From: an uncultured Phycisphaerales bacterium
GTDB lineage: Bacteria; Planctomycetota; Phycisphaerae; Tepidisphaerales; Tepidisphaeraceae
Assembly (NCBI GenBank): GCA_963758525.1
Contig: CAVWVQ010000003.1
Location: forward strand, 2,720,001-2,784,000
DNA: 64,000 nt
Direction: 5' to 3'
Positions 1 to 10,269 of this stretch are shown here, in pieces. The position numbers and the translations under genes were made by a program. The stretch's first letter is position 1. The number at the start of each line of letters is the position of its first letter. The notes under the pieces are model-generated. The model was not told the DNA's origin, searched no databases, and was given only the letters and a program-made list of their open reading frames with translations.

Positions 1-28
1 GTCAAGCTTACGATGAGAGGGGCGGGCA

Positions 29-630
29 GTGCTCTGCGGGTGGTGGGGGACAATCAGTTTCTCACCGGAAGGTCGGCTCGCGCTGGACATCAACTCGACC
101 ACGCTGCAGGGGGTGTTGCGTTCGATCCAGCCGTCGCGTCCCCACAGCGTTCATGCACCGCGCCGCGACGCTCGATCCGCTCTGATCGGCCAGGCGACGA
201 TCATCCCAATCACCAAGCGATTACCGGAATCTCCGATCTCTGTTTTGGTCCGGGATATCAGCCCCAGCGGTGTCTGCATCATCCTCACGCAGATTTTTCA
301 CGTTGCTGATCGCTTTTTGCTGCTGCTGGCACACACTGCCGGGCCGCAGCGGGCGGTGTTGTCAGAAGTGAAACATTGGCGATCGCTCTCCAACGACCTA
401 TTTGCAATCGGTGCGGAGTTCGTGCGAATGGTGGAGGGCGCTCAGGCTGCGAGCGAGCTCGCTCGTGAAGATTCACCGTCTCCCACGGCTCATGTCGCAG
501 CGCCCGTGGCGATCCCCATGGAGGAAACGATCGGGCAATTCAGAGAGACGCCTGGCGAGGAATGCCGCCGGCGGACGTGGCTCAGCTCCAAGAACTTGAG
601 GCAAGGCTGGCGACGCTGCTCAATGAGTGA
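29..630 (+). CDS. PilZ-domain protein (start uncertain, probable frameshift near 555)
   Basis: RRDAR...VRDISPSG matches the PilZ RxxxR and DxSxxG motifs. A shifted frame gives a natural-looking tail MPPADVAQLQELEARLATLLNE* ending at 630. Confidence 0.65.
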
Positions 631-958
631 TCCGGCTACACCGCGTCGGATTCGTGTCGGCAGTCCGCCGCTACATTGTCGATGGGAGAGCTGGAAGCCA
701 GATAACCCGACTCGCCAATTGGAAACACGCGCAGCCCTCGTGCTTCCGTAGGATTGATCGATCGATGACAGCGATGCCCAGATCGATCGATACTCGATGC
801 CACCGGATTCGACCGAGCTAATCACACGCATGATGACGCTTTTGTGAAACCATTCTACCCATCGAGCGGGTTCGTGCAGGATGGAGTGCGGAATTGCCAT
901 GTGATACGTTGTGTGAGTTCGTGCCGGGGATGGGTACTCTCTTGAAAGGATATTTGCT

Positions 959-1255
959 GTGGCAACTTTCATCACCACCATCAAGTTCACTCGGCAGGGC
1001 ATAACGGGAATCGGCGAAACGACCAAACGGGCGGCGGCGTTGAAAGCCTCCGCCAAAAAGATGGGCGTCACGATTACAAACATCTACTGGACCATGGGGG
1101 AGCACGATGGCGTGCTGATCTTTGAAGCGGCGGATGACGAGACGGCTAGCGCTTTGCTGCTGCACGTGGCCGGAATGGGGAATGTTCACACCACAACCGC
1201 GCGGGCCTTCACCGTCACAGAAATGGACAAGATTCTGGCCAAGGTGCATGGCTAA
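959..1255 (+). CDS. GYD-domain protein
   Basis: 98 aa; IKFTRQG...YWTMGEHD...GNVHTTTARAF is the typical GYD family pattern. Confidence 0.85.
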   Translation: MATFITTIKFTRQGITGIGETTKRAAALKASAKKMGVTITNIYWTMGEHDGVLIFEAADDETASALLLHVAGMGNVHTTTARAFTVTEMDKILAKVHG

Positions 1256-1459
1256 AGTTTTGTCACCGCGTCGAGGCGCGTACGAAACATTCGCGAGATC
1301 CGCTGAGTTCGCGGAAAAACCGGGATCACTCAAAAGACATATTTCCGAATTGAATCTGTTCAACTCCGGAAGAACTCGATCGCCGAAGCAGTTTAGCCCG
1401 TGCGCGCGTCGTCTGGCCGCTGCCCAGAGAGCGAAGCTGTAGTCCCCCCGGTTGCGTCT

Positions 1460-1600
1460 GGCGCGGCGACCCCCACTTGCCCGAGGCGTAATGCGCGGCG
1501 ACGGCCAGAGCGTGAACAGCGTTTTCGGCTCTGACCGCGGCGAGATACAGCGTATCCCGCGGCGTATCCGATCTGCTCCAGCCGCTCGCGGAAAGCGCAT
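1460..1600 (-). pseudogene. Degenerate paralog of the small protein at 12318-12539 (approximate ends)
   Basis: Two frames give RERLEQIGY and DTLYLAAVRAENAVHALAVAAHYAS, aligning with RMRLEQLGY...DPLFQAALQAEHAAQNLSVTAHYDS. Confidence 0.55.
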
Positions 1601-1723
1601 GGTGGCACCATCTCACCTTCAAACAATCGTAGCTTTCATCCGGGTTGGAGGGAGGAGGGGGGATAGCACCGGCGCGACAGCACCCGGGGGCTCTTTGGGG
1701 TGCAGCATTTCCCGGAAAACTGC

Positions 1724-1972
1724 TCACCTTCGCAGCTTGGCCAGTTCAGTGAGCGCTTCGGCAGGGTTCACGCCACACCCAATCGCGAATTCGATGAACT
1801 CCGCCACATCCAGTCGCCGGCTTCCCGTCTCTGACCGCGCCACCCACCACTGATCCTGTTTGATTCGATCCGCGAGCTCCCGCTGCGTGAGCCCGGCCTC
1901 TTTACGCATCGCCCGCAGAAATGCGGGAACCCTGCGGTAGAGAAGAGCGTGATTGGGCTTCGTGGACATCAA
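1724..1972 (-). CDS. XRE-family helix-turn-helix regulator
   Basis: LRAMRKEAGLTQRELADRI...VARSETGSRRLDVAEF. Confidence 0.9.
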   Translation of the reverse strand: MMSTKPNHALLYRRVPAFLRAMRKEAGLTQRELADRIKQDQWWVARSETGSRRLDVAEFIEFAIGCGVNPAEALTELAKLRR

Positions 1973-2001
1973 CGCGGACTATCCGCAACCGACCCACTGA
2001 G

Positions 2002-2083
2002 GCGCTTTGCGCATATTTGTCTTGACGCGCTTTACGCATCAACTGACAATCCCTAACTGAAGTGACCGGCCCGTGACCGGCCC
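2002..2083 (+). promoter_or_regulatory. Putative sigma70 promoter with direct repeats between the XRE gene and the divergent operon
   Basis: TTGACG (2022-2027), 17 bp spacer, GACAAT (2045-2050). Repeats GCGCTTTRCGCAT at 2002 and 2027; tandem GTGACCGGCCC at 2062 and 2073. Confidence 0.55.
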
Positions 2084-2118
2084 AAACGGCGGGGATTTCA
2101 ATTAACGGGAGGAGTTAC

Positions 2119-3374
2119 ATGTCTATGAAAATGACGCGTCGCCAAGCGATGCAGGCAATCAGCGCTGCAGCCCTGGCGGCGGGCTCCTTCAAAGATGTTT
2201 TCGCGGCTGATGCGCCGAGTGTACTGCCAAGCAGCCTCAGAACGGTCGGGGTCGGCATGGCAAAGGTCGAGCCGTTTGTTCAGCCAGGTATGAACTGGAG
2301 CAGCGCGGAATTGAATGACTTTCTTGCAGAACTGCCCGCAGAGGGAATGCTGAGTCTCAAACAATCGCTGCGATTGCTGCCACCGGATGCGACGATCAAA
2401 GAACTGCACGGAGACCAGCGCGATATGGGTGAATTCCAAGACGCACTCCTGCGGGCGTCCACCAACATCTTTGAATACCCGATGAGCGACAAGACAAAGA
2501 TCTATTATCACGAGCTGGTCAAATGGGTTGCCGGAAAGGCCGGCGTCGATCAGTGGATCATCGACACGCAGCCGACGTTCTTAATTGAAAGAGCGTACAT
2601 GGAGCAGTTCTTTGCGACGCTGTGGGACAAGCTCATCGCTAAACAACGAACGGAACTCGTGGCGAAGATTGATCCCCAACGCACGCTCAAGGACGTCGCG
2701 GCAATCATTTCCTTAAGCGGCGCAGGTGCGCTGGCCGCACTCTCGACCACGGCCTGTTTCGCGGGTTTCACGTTCTACACGACGATGAGCGTTACGATCT
2801 GCACCGCGGCTGGCTGGTTCGGAATTACCCTGCCATTCGCAGCCTATACGTCCGTTGCATCGCTGGTCGCGTTCTTGAGTGGCCCATTCGGATGGGCGCT
2901 TCTCGCAATCGTCGCGGCCGCTGGCGTTGCGCTCGCGGGCGCGCCGATGCGCAGAAGACCGCGGCAGCAATCTGCCAACTGCACGTCTTGAAGGTCGCTG
3001 CCCTGAAGGACGCGGGGAAATCTGAGGATCTTTTTCAGGCGCTAGGCGACCCACTCAAGCGGCAGTTGGTCGGAAAGTGGAGTTGGCGCACCAGCGATGG
3101 AAGCGTAGACGCCGAGTTGCGAAGCGATGCGACGTTTACTGCGGAGAACAAGCCTGACAAGAAACCAGAATGGAAGGATCCGGCGCGCTGGGTCACGACA
3201 GGCAAGGGCAACTGGAGCGTGCGGGATCAAAAGCTGACGATCACGATGACCCAGGTTTGGGCGGTTGCATTCTGGAAGGACTATCCGGTGACCTGGTTCG
3301 ACAATGAGAAGATCGCCGCGGTCAAGCCCACTCAGGTTGAGCTTGAAGATGGCTCGCTGCTGCAACGTCAATGA
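2119..3374 (+). CDS. Tat-signal protein with YaaW-like core and C-terminal beta-rich domain (frameshift near 2940)
   Basis: N-terminal MTRRQAMQ twin-arginine leader. YHELVKWVA...IERAYMEQFF..LWDKL and a hydrophobic LSGPFGW segment resemble YaaW. ORFs 2119-2991 and 2892-3374 join by one indel. Confidence 0.6.
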
Positions 3375-3517
3375 CGCCGGTCGGGATGGAATCCGGATGA
3401 TGGGTCCCAGTGGAAGTCGGCATGAGGGAATTACGTCCTCGGATTCTCATGGCAAATCTGGTGCAACTTACGATCGCGCGGCATGCCTTCAAATCTTGAC
3501 CGCGCAAGGAAGGTTCT

Positions 3518-4537
3518 ATGGGTATAACTTCGCCTACAGCTCGCACGAATAATGTAGTCTTGATCTCGGCCCTGCTCATGTTCGCGATTCCCCTGTGCCA
3601 GAACGGAATTGCGCAGACTTCGCAGCCAGCGGGCAGCCCAGAAATAGATCACGTTTTTGACTGCGCGATAAAAGCATTCGCGCTCCAATCCCAGGCCGAC
3701 CGCGTTGCGACCGACCCGCCCACCAAGCCGGTGGGAACGGACAATTGGAGGAACCTCCAGCCGAAGGAATTCGAGTCAGACCAAGACTTCACCCAGCGCC
3801 AGACGACGGCACGCGCCCAAGAAGAGCGAGCGTACAGTGACGCAACGGCCGCTTGGAAAAATGCCTCGGCGCAGTATGATCGGCTGCAGTTAGAACGCGC
3901 CGATTTGCATGCGGAGGCGATCCAAACCCTCATTAAAGGTGCTGTGTCCGTCGATGTCGGTATAGTCCCTGAACTTCCCCGGTACGATCGCGCAAAGAGG
4001 GTGTTCGAACCAGTTGCCGTCCGAGTGGATAATCAGGACGCGGTGCACGGTGCTGATAAGGCTGCGCATATCGTTTGTGATCCATTCGACCTATCAATAG
4101 CCATAAACGACATGCGCCGCGCCCAAGAGTTCAAAGAGGGCGTGGCTGCCGGAACGATCAAACTCCGCATATGGGTATCACCGCGCGATGTGACCGTAAC
4201 CACGCCGATCTTAGTCTCGGCCGCGTGGACTGAGACGGTGCCCGCGCCAGCGCCAGCGCAAAAGCCTGGTTCCACATATCTCAAACAGCTGGCAGCGGGC
4301 CTGTTCACTTACGCGCTGGGTGGGAGCCCAAACCAAGTTGAGGGTGCCGAAGCATCGGTTGGGACGCCTGACGAGCCGCAGCATATCGAGCACCCGGCGG
4401 TCACACGGGAGGGCGAGGAGTATACGATCTACCTCCAGACGGTACGCGCTGTCGCCGTTGACCAACAAGGGAAGCCGTTGGATGGGGTTGTGGTCAACGT
4501 GATCACACAGGACACCAGCGGCCAACGCGCGCCATAA
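3518..4537 (+). CDS. Hypothetical exported protein
   Basis: 339 aa ORF with a hydrophobic signal-like N-terminus; no family recognised. Confidence 0.65.
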   Translation: MGITSPTARTNNVVLISALLMFAIPLCQNGIAQTSQPAGSPEIDHVFDCAIKAFALQSQADRVATDPPTKPVGTDNWRNLQPKEFESDQDFTQRQTTARAQEERAYSDATAAWKNASAQYDRLQLERADLHAEAIQTLIKGAVSVDVGIVPELPRYDRAKRVFEPVAVRVDNQDAVHGADKAAHIVCDPFDLSIAINDMRRAQEFKEGVAAGTIKLRIWVSPRDVTVTTPILVSAAWTETVPAPAPAQKPGSTYLKQLAAGLFTYALGGSPNQVEGAEASVGTPDEPQHIEHPAVTREGEEYTIYLQTVRAVAVDQQGKPLDGVVVNVITQDTSGQRAP

Positions 4538-4775
4538 CCCGAACTCTTGGCAGAAATGGAGGGACGGCGGTAACGATCCGCCTCAGCGCACCGCTGCCGG
4601 TCCCGATCGGAGAACAGTTTATACCGCTTCATTGTGAAGAAAATTACCATGCATAACGGAATCAAGAGGGCACCAAGCGGCATGTGCAAAACTGAGAGCA
4701 GGGCTGGTCCGCGCGACGAAATCTTGATGCAACGAGGCCAAACCGAGCCGCCAGGTAGATTGACGCGTTTCTCGG

Positions 4776-6335
4776 ATGGCGAACGCAATTTTGGGATCCG
4801 TCATGTCTGAGGCAGGAACTGCGTCAAATCATTTCTGGCGGGATCTCCAGCGCAGATGCGTGGCATCGTTGCATGCCGCAAGAGCGGAACTCGCAATCGC
4901 AATCTCGCGAATTCAGCGGTTTCGAGCTCGCCGTGATATGGCAGCTTGCGCAGTTGAATGTGGCGGATTAGCTGTAAGCGAAAAATTGGTCTTCACAGAT
5001 CCGCGGTTGTCGGAGGCATGCGAGTCTGGATCGGCCCTGCTGGACCAAATCAAGCAGAAGCATAGGGAGCAGGCCTCGCTTCGATCAAGCCTCTCGACTT
5101 TTGATGCGAACTCTGAGTCGGCAAAAATCAGTGAAATTCGCGGCAAGATCAAAGCCTTGTCGCAGACCCTGAAGTTGAACCGGCGTAAGCTGGAGCGTGT
5201 TCATCAGCAACTGGGAGAACAGATTCTCGCAATCGGGGAACATGCAGATCGCTTCCCAGATCAGTTCAGGAAGCAGAAGGCAGCCGTCGAGCAAGTCCGC
5301 GAAGCGGAGTCGGCGATTGCGGTCGGAAATGCTCGTCGCAAAGAACTGAACGCTTCCATTGGAGTAAGCTTTCGCACGCTCGCTGTAGCTGTGATGGTCG
5401 CGTTGCTCGCTATAACGTGGATGTTGCGGTCATCCGCCAAGCGCCGACACCTGGTGGCAATACCGGCGATGTCAACAGCCGTTGCGGCACCTTCGCCCGC
5501 TCCAAAGCCCGTAGAAACACCAGTAAAACCTTCAGGTCTCTCGCGGCAAGAGCTGGCGCTTTCCGCTCAACTCGTGCAGTTGCATTGGGTGGCGTGGCGG
5601 CCTGGCAGTCAGAGCCTATTTGGGTGGAATGATGTCCCTGATGCGGACGAAGGATGCACGGGCTCCGCTGGAGTTGTTGCCGTGAGAGGCGGCACTCTTT
5701 GGCTGGTCACCAATCGCCATGTTTTGATGCTTGAAGATATTGCAGGGACCAAGACCACCGAGATCGCGCTCAAGTCGTACGACATGCAGGTGAAATTTCC
5801 TTCCGGTCAGATCCGGGACGTGAAGAGAATCGCACACCTTGCCGGTTCACTTGATCTGGCGGTACTCGAAGTCGACGCGACGAACTTGTCGGAAGGAACT
5901 GACTTCGTGATGCTCCCGCTGATGCCGAAGGAGATGAGTATGCAAGTCGGTGACGAGGCGGTGGCCGTAGGAAATCCCGGATATCAAGGCGTCACTTTCG
6001 AGGGCACCCAGACCTTTGGTCACATCAGCGCACTTCGTGAAGATCCGCCGGATAACAGCGGTCATTCCTGCAAATGGCTACAGGTTGATACCGCGATCAA
6101 TCACGGGAACAGCGGCGGGCCGTTGTTCGAAAAGGAGGAAGACCGCTACTTTTGGGTCGGCGTCAACACACTAGTCATCGGCCGCGAGCAGGGATATGAG
6201 GGTATCAATTTAGCGATCGATGCTCGCGAATTAGCCGAAGCCGAGGCGACCTGGTACGACGCAACCAAGGAGGGGGCCGCAAAGGCGCTCACCGAAGTGT
6301 ATGGGTCCGCCACTGGCGTCTACACCCCACCATGA
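4776..6335 (+). CDS. Trypsin-like (S1C) serine protease with N-terminal coiled coil and one TM helix
   Basis: Catalytic triad motifs TNRHV, DLAVL and INHGNSGGPL; TM segment LAVAVMVALLAITWML; no PDZ domain seen. Confidence 0.9.
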   Translation: MANAILGSVMSEAGTASNHFWRDLQRRCVASLHAARAELAIAISRIQRFRARRDMAACAVECGGLAVSEKLVFTDPRLSEACESGSALLDQIKQKHREQASLRSSLSTFDANSESAKISEIRGKIKALSQTLKLNRRKLERVHQQLGEQILAIGEHADRFPDQFRKQKAAVEQVREAESAIAVGNARRKELNASIGVSFRTLAVAVMVALLAITWMLRSSAKRRHLVAIPAMSTAVAAPSPAPKPVETPVKPSGLSRQELALSAQLVQLHWVAWRPGSQSLFGWNDVPDADEGCTGSAGVVAVRGGTLWLVTNRHVLMLEDIAGTKTTEIALKSYDMQVKFPSGQIRDVKRIAHLAGSLDLAVLEVDATNLSEGTDFVMLPLMPKEMSMQVGDEAVAVGNPGYQGVTFEGTQTFGHISALREDPPDNSGHSCKWLQVDTAINHGNSGGPLFEKEEDRYFWVGVNTLVIGREQGYEGINLAIDARELAEAEATWYDATKEGAAKALTEVYGSATGVYTPP

Positions 6336-6348
6336 GAAGGTTGACCTG

Positions 6349-6831
6349 ATGCGTGCCGTTTGTGTCAATCCCTCCTGCACTCAGCACAACAAGGCCGTTG
6401 CCGGCCATGCGCGGTTTTGCAAATCCTGTGGACAACTTCTCGCCGTGCCCGTGTCCGAGCCTCTTCCGTGGTGGATGTCGGCAGGATTGATCGTAATCTC
6501 GTTGCTGCTGCTGACACTACTCAGTGGTTGTAAAAAGACAGATGACACCGCGACCGTATCGCCGTCAGCACCAGCTCCAGATCGCTGGCAGGTGAATTTG
6601 GCTGAGATACGAAAGTCCTATGAGCAAAATCAGGCGAAGCTTCGGGTCGACTGGCGGGCAGCGCTCGCAGAGGCGCAAGCGGGAGACCTGAACGCTGATG
6701 CCTTGGACCGAGATATTGTAGGGCTTTCCGCGAAGCTTCAGCGGTCGACCGCGGCGCTAAATGAGTGGGACGATCAGCTCGTGGCTGAGATCGAAAAGCG
6801 CGGCCTCAACGCAGGAACACCTCACCAATGA
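6349..6831 (+). CDS. Zinc-ribbon membrane/lipoprotein with coiled coil
   Basis: CVNPSC...CKSC, then a hydrophobic stretch ending LLSGC, then a helical tail. Confidence 0.6.
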   Translation: MRAVCVNPSCTQHNKAVAGHARFCKSCGQLLAVPVSEPLPWWMSAGLIVISLLLLTLLSGCKKTDDTATVSPSAPAPDRWQVNLAEIRKSYEQNQAKLRVDWRAALAEAQAGDLNADALDRDIVGLSAKLQRSTAALNEWDDQLVAEIEKRGLNAGTPHQ

Positions 6832-7271
6832 GTGTCGAGCTGCGCCAGCTGTGGTATCGGCATCCGGGCCGCTGGCTCGCGCTGAGCGTCGTGTGCGTTC
6901 AGATTATTCTGTTTGTTGCCGTCGTGGTGCACAGAAGCCGGAATGTGCGCCTTTCGGAGCAGTCTCTGGACTTGGCCAACCAGAATTATCAAGCACATGC
7001 GCACGAACAGCAGCTCGCGACCGACATTGCGGATTATCAAAATATGGTTGAGCGCTATTCCGCTCAAAAAAGCCAGCTAATACACGATGTAACGCAATTC
7101 CAAGGCGAACTTGATTTGCTGAATCAGAAGACCAAGAGCCTTGATCGTGTGCATGGAGACATGACACGGCTCGAAGGCGGCTTGAACGAATACACCCGTG
7201 CCCAAGAGAGCTTCCTGAAGCACCTCGCGCTCCTTGAAGCGCAGACGAAGAATACGGCTGGATTACAATGA
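6828..7271 (+). CDS. Single-TM coiled-coil protein
   Basis: ATGA overlap with the upstream gene; TM followed by a heptad-rich region. Confidence 0.7.
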   Translation: MSVELRQLWYRHPGRWLALSVVCVQIILFVAVVVHRSRNVRLSEQSLDLANQNYQAHAHEQQLATDIADYQNMVERYSAQKSQLIHDVTQFQGELDLLNQKTKSLDRVHGDMTRLEGGLNEYTRAQESFLKHLALLEAQTKNTAGLQ

Positions 7272-7699
7272 AAACGACAGTTGTTGAATGGTGGCTTCAG
7301 ATGACTGCTGCCGTCATTGCTGCAATTGCGGTTGTTGCCGCAATCATCGCGCTGGTACTCCAATTAACACAATGCGCCCGTCTGCAGGAGCAGATTGCAA
7401 GCGAACATCGCGAGGCTGTCGAGATTGCGACGTCGACCGCTTCGACCGAATCATCTCTCAAGCGGGAATCTGAAAAGGCGGAAAAGCTTGTCGCGGATGT
7501 TAAGGAGGAACTCAAGCAACGCGACCAAACGCTTGAAGTGATGGCCGATGTGCTGGCGAAGGTTAAGGTTCTTCAGCAACAGCGCGATACCTTCGACGCT
7601 AAGCGCTCTGAAATCGCGGAGAAGATGTCAAAGCTGGACGAAGACTATTCCAGAGCTGGTGCGGTGGCTCCATCCGCAAAACTGAATTCACTGCCGTAG
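7268..7699 (+). CDS. Single-TM coiled-coil protein
   Basis: ATGA overlap; TM followed by an E/K-rich helix. Confidence 0.7.
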   Translation: MKTTVVEWWLQMTAAVIAAIAVVAAIIALVLQLTQCARLQEQIASEHREAVEIATSTASTESSLKRESEKAEKLVADVKEELKQRDQTLEVMADVLAKVKVLQQQRDTFDAKRSEIAEKMSKLDEDYSRAGAVAPSAKLNSLP

Positions 7700-7822
7700 C
7701 GTTGTAAGCGGCTGTTTAGTTGCGAGCGAGAGCTTGCCCACCGTCCGGCGATACCTAAAAAAGGGGCGTCGAGCGTAGCAGACAAAGCCGCCGGCAAGAA
7801 CGCCCACTTTCGCGCGGGCAGG

Positions 7823-8231
7823 CTATCCCGCTACCCACTCAATACTTGACGCCCACCCCAAGTTGGCCAGGAACGCCACGAGCACTTGCTCCGTTTGTGC
7901 GTGGCATCGCTCGATGATCTCGGGGTCGTGCCCCGCAAGCTCCACAACCATCTGCGCCTCCCGCATCGCGCGGTTGACCGCCGCGGTGTCGGCATCAGCG
8001 CCGCCAGGCGTAATCGCCCATAGCCCCTGTTCCTGTCCAAGAGCTTCTTGGCGGCGGACAGATACTGTCCCTCAGCGCCGAAGGATTCGGCGGCCTGGGC
8101 TTTCTGCTCGCTGTTGAGCGATTTCCGGACGCCGAACCAGGTGAACGAGCCGCGTACGGCAGCGAAGGCCGATCGCAGGCGCTGTGACGGTGACGTCGGG
8201 CTCGGGCGCCGGCTGATCGATCCATGGTCAT
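7823..8231 (-). pseudogene. Remnant of the DUF3150-like gene (paralog of 19770-20759) fused to the 3' end of another gene (possibly DUF4230-like)
   Basis: QRLRSAFAAVRGSFTWFGVRKSLNSEQKAQAAESFGAE..SAAKKLLD matches the N-terminus of 19770-20759. It then switches abruptly to EQGLWAITPGG...VNRAMREAQ...LANLGWASSIEW. Confidence 0.7.
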
Positions 8232-8501
8232 GGGACCTCCTGTGGGCCCGGGAATTGCCCCAGGCGAAAAGTGGGAATAATTGGTGTTTCTGAGATCGAC
8301 GTAACCAAAGGTGAATTCTGCAGTTACATGGGAGCGGGTTTCCAGGAGGCTCAAAGCAGGGGCTGCCTTGGGTCGTCGGAGGGTTACGGAACGCTCCAGC
8401 GGGGCTGGAATTCGCGGCAAACGGCCTTCCGACGGCTGCCTGTGACGGCATCGCGGGCCGATCTGGGGGAAGTCAAAAACCAGTTTTTGAAATGACAGGG
8501 A

Positions 8502-9100
8502 TCAATGGGCCGCGGATCGTGCGACGCGCCGAATGCTCTGCCGGCTCACCGTTGTCGCGTGTGTAGATCCCCGGCCGGCTGGCATGTAGGCACCTGCCAC
8601 TGGCCCAGGCGCGCAAACGTTCCACCGATTCGGCGGCGCTGACGGAGATGGGAACGACATTGCGCAGCTTCCTTGAGCGGAATGTTCAGGATCGCCGCCA
8701 GGCGGCAGCACGATTGAATCTCCGCGCCCGTCCATCCCTCGTCGGCGGGGCGCGTACTGGGGTGATCGCAGGCAAGCCATACTTACAGAGATAGATCGGC
8801 CAGATCGCTTCCCGCTCGGGGGCGGAGGGCAGGTCGATGTAGAAGATGCCGTCGAATCTCTCTGCCCGTCCAAACTCCGGCGGGAGCTTGGAGATGTCAT
8901 TGGCGGTGGCGGTGGCAACCACGAACACATCACTCATGTGATCCGCCAGCCAGGTCGATATCCCACACCGCCAGCGACCATTTGTTCTGCCGGGCGAGTT
9001 GGGCGATGTCGCGCAGGACATCGTGATGTTCCGCCGACTGGATCCAGATTCCGGTGAATGCGGCGGCAATGTATTCGGTGAAACGTTGAGTGAGCGTCAT
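8502..9100 (-). pseudogene. Internally deleted copy of the AAA ATPase at 21010-22506
   Basis: [33 protein letters not shown] joins directly to [40 protein letters not shown]; the Walker A/B region is missing. Confidence 0.9.
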
Positions 9101-9254
9101 GAAGTTCTCCTGTGTTTTGATGTTGGTTAAACCGGGAGGTAGGGAAACGACATGAACTGAGCGATGGCTAACCCGCCGCGAGAGCGGCGTCGCGGTGAAG
9201 CAAAATCGCGAAGCGGTTTCGGCCGATCATCAGGCGCGGTGCGCGACGAAGCGT

Positions 9255-10150
9255 TTAGAGCGTCAGAGTCGGCGAGGCAATGTGGTGTGAACGGCGCGCT
9301 CCGGCGCTGCTTCGTAGGGTCCCGCATTCGGGGCATCGCTCATTCGTTGCGCGAAGATCGTAGCCGCACTTGCGGCAGATGCCCGGACCGATGGTCTTCC
9401 AGCGTGACAGCCACAGGCAACCGAAAGCGATCAGCACCAAAAGTACCGACACCGGCCACAGCGAAAACTGAATGTAGTGCCCGTTGGCCGCGGTGAGTCT
9501 GGCCAGGCCAAAGAGCTCCGGGGCCGGGAGAATTGGGGCATCGAGTTTACGGTCCGCGCGAACGGAGACGCCCGGCGGGAGGCGAATCGAATCGAAACGA
9601 AAGCGCCCGTTGTTGCATCGAAACCACCGCAGCGTGCCAGATTCAACATTGTGAAGGTGCTGCGGATACCAATAACTCAGAATGGCCAGCGATGCTGCGG
9701 CCAGCGCCAGTGCGGTCAGCATGATGCCGGCAATCTTCAACGATGACCTCGCACCCCCGAGGGCTTGGCTGTGGTTGGGCAGCCTGACTCGTCGAAGAGC
9801 ACGAATGGCATCGACCGAGCCTATCGCGAAGAGAGCGGTCAGAAACCAGAGAGGCACGAACAGGTCGTGCACCGCGCCATGAAGAACAGCGTAGAAGCCG
9901 AGATAGCTTTTGACCGTAGGGAGTTTCGAGTGGATTGGCTCATCGAGCGCGTTCCACCACCCAGCTTCGCCCGGGTGTGCGGGTCTGTTCATCCAGACAA
10001 TCAGACCCTCCCGACAGGCCAGCATCCAGCGCGCTGATCAGTTGCGTGGGACAACTGATCAATTTGCCAATTGCTCCGCGCCCAAACCACGGCCGTTGCC
10101 AGGCACAATGCCAGTGACAAGGCGGAGAGAATGCGAAACAGCCGTCTCAT
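9255..10150 (-). CDS. Membrane protein with C-terminal zinc ribbon (frameshift near 10020)
   Basis: MRRLFRILSALSLALC leader; TM segments; CRKCGYDLRATNERCPECG. Confidence 0.7.
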
Positions 10151-10269
10151 GGTTTCCCCACGTAATCGACGAAAATGGAAAATTCCCCAGTGGCGCTGAC
10201 GCAAGCATCTTAGGGCGTGGCGAACAGCATCAAAATTCCCGCGAATCTCGCGACAACGGGGAAAATTGG

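Noticed and set aside
1630..1670. Displaced domain V/VI of the group II intron
   Set aside because: The purine-rich stretch lacks the catalytic triad hairpin of domain V.
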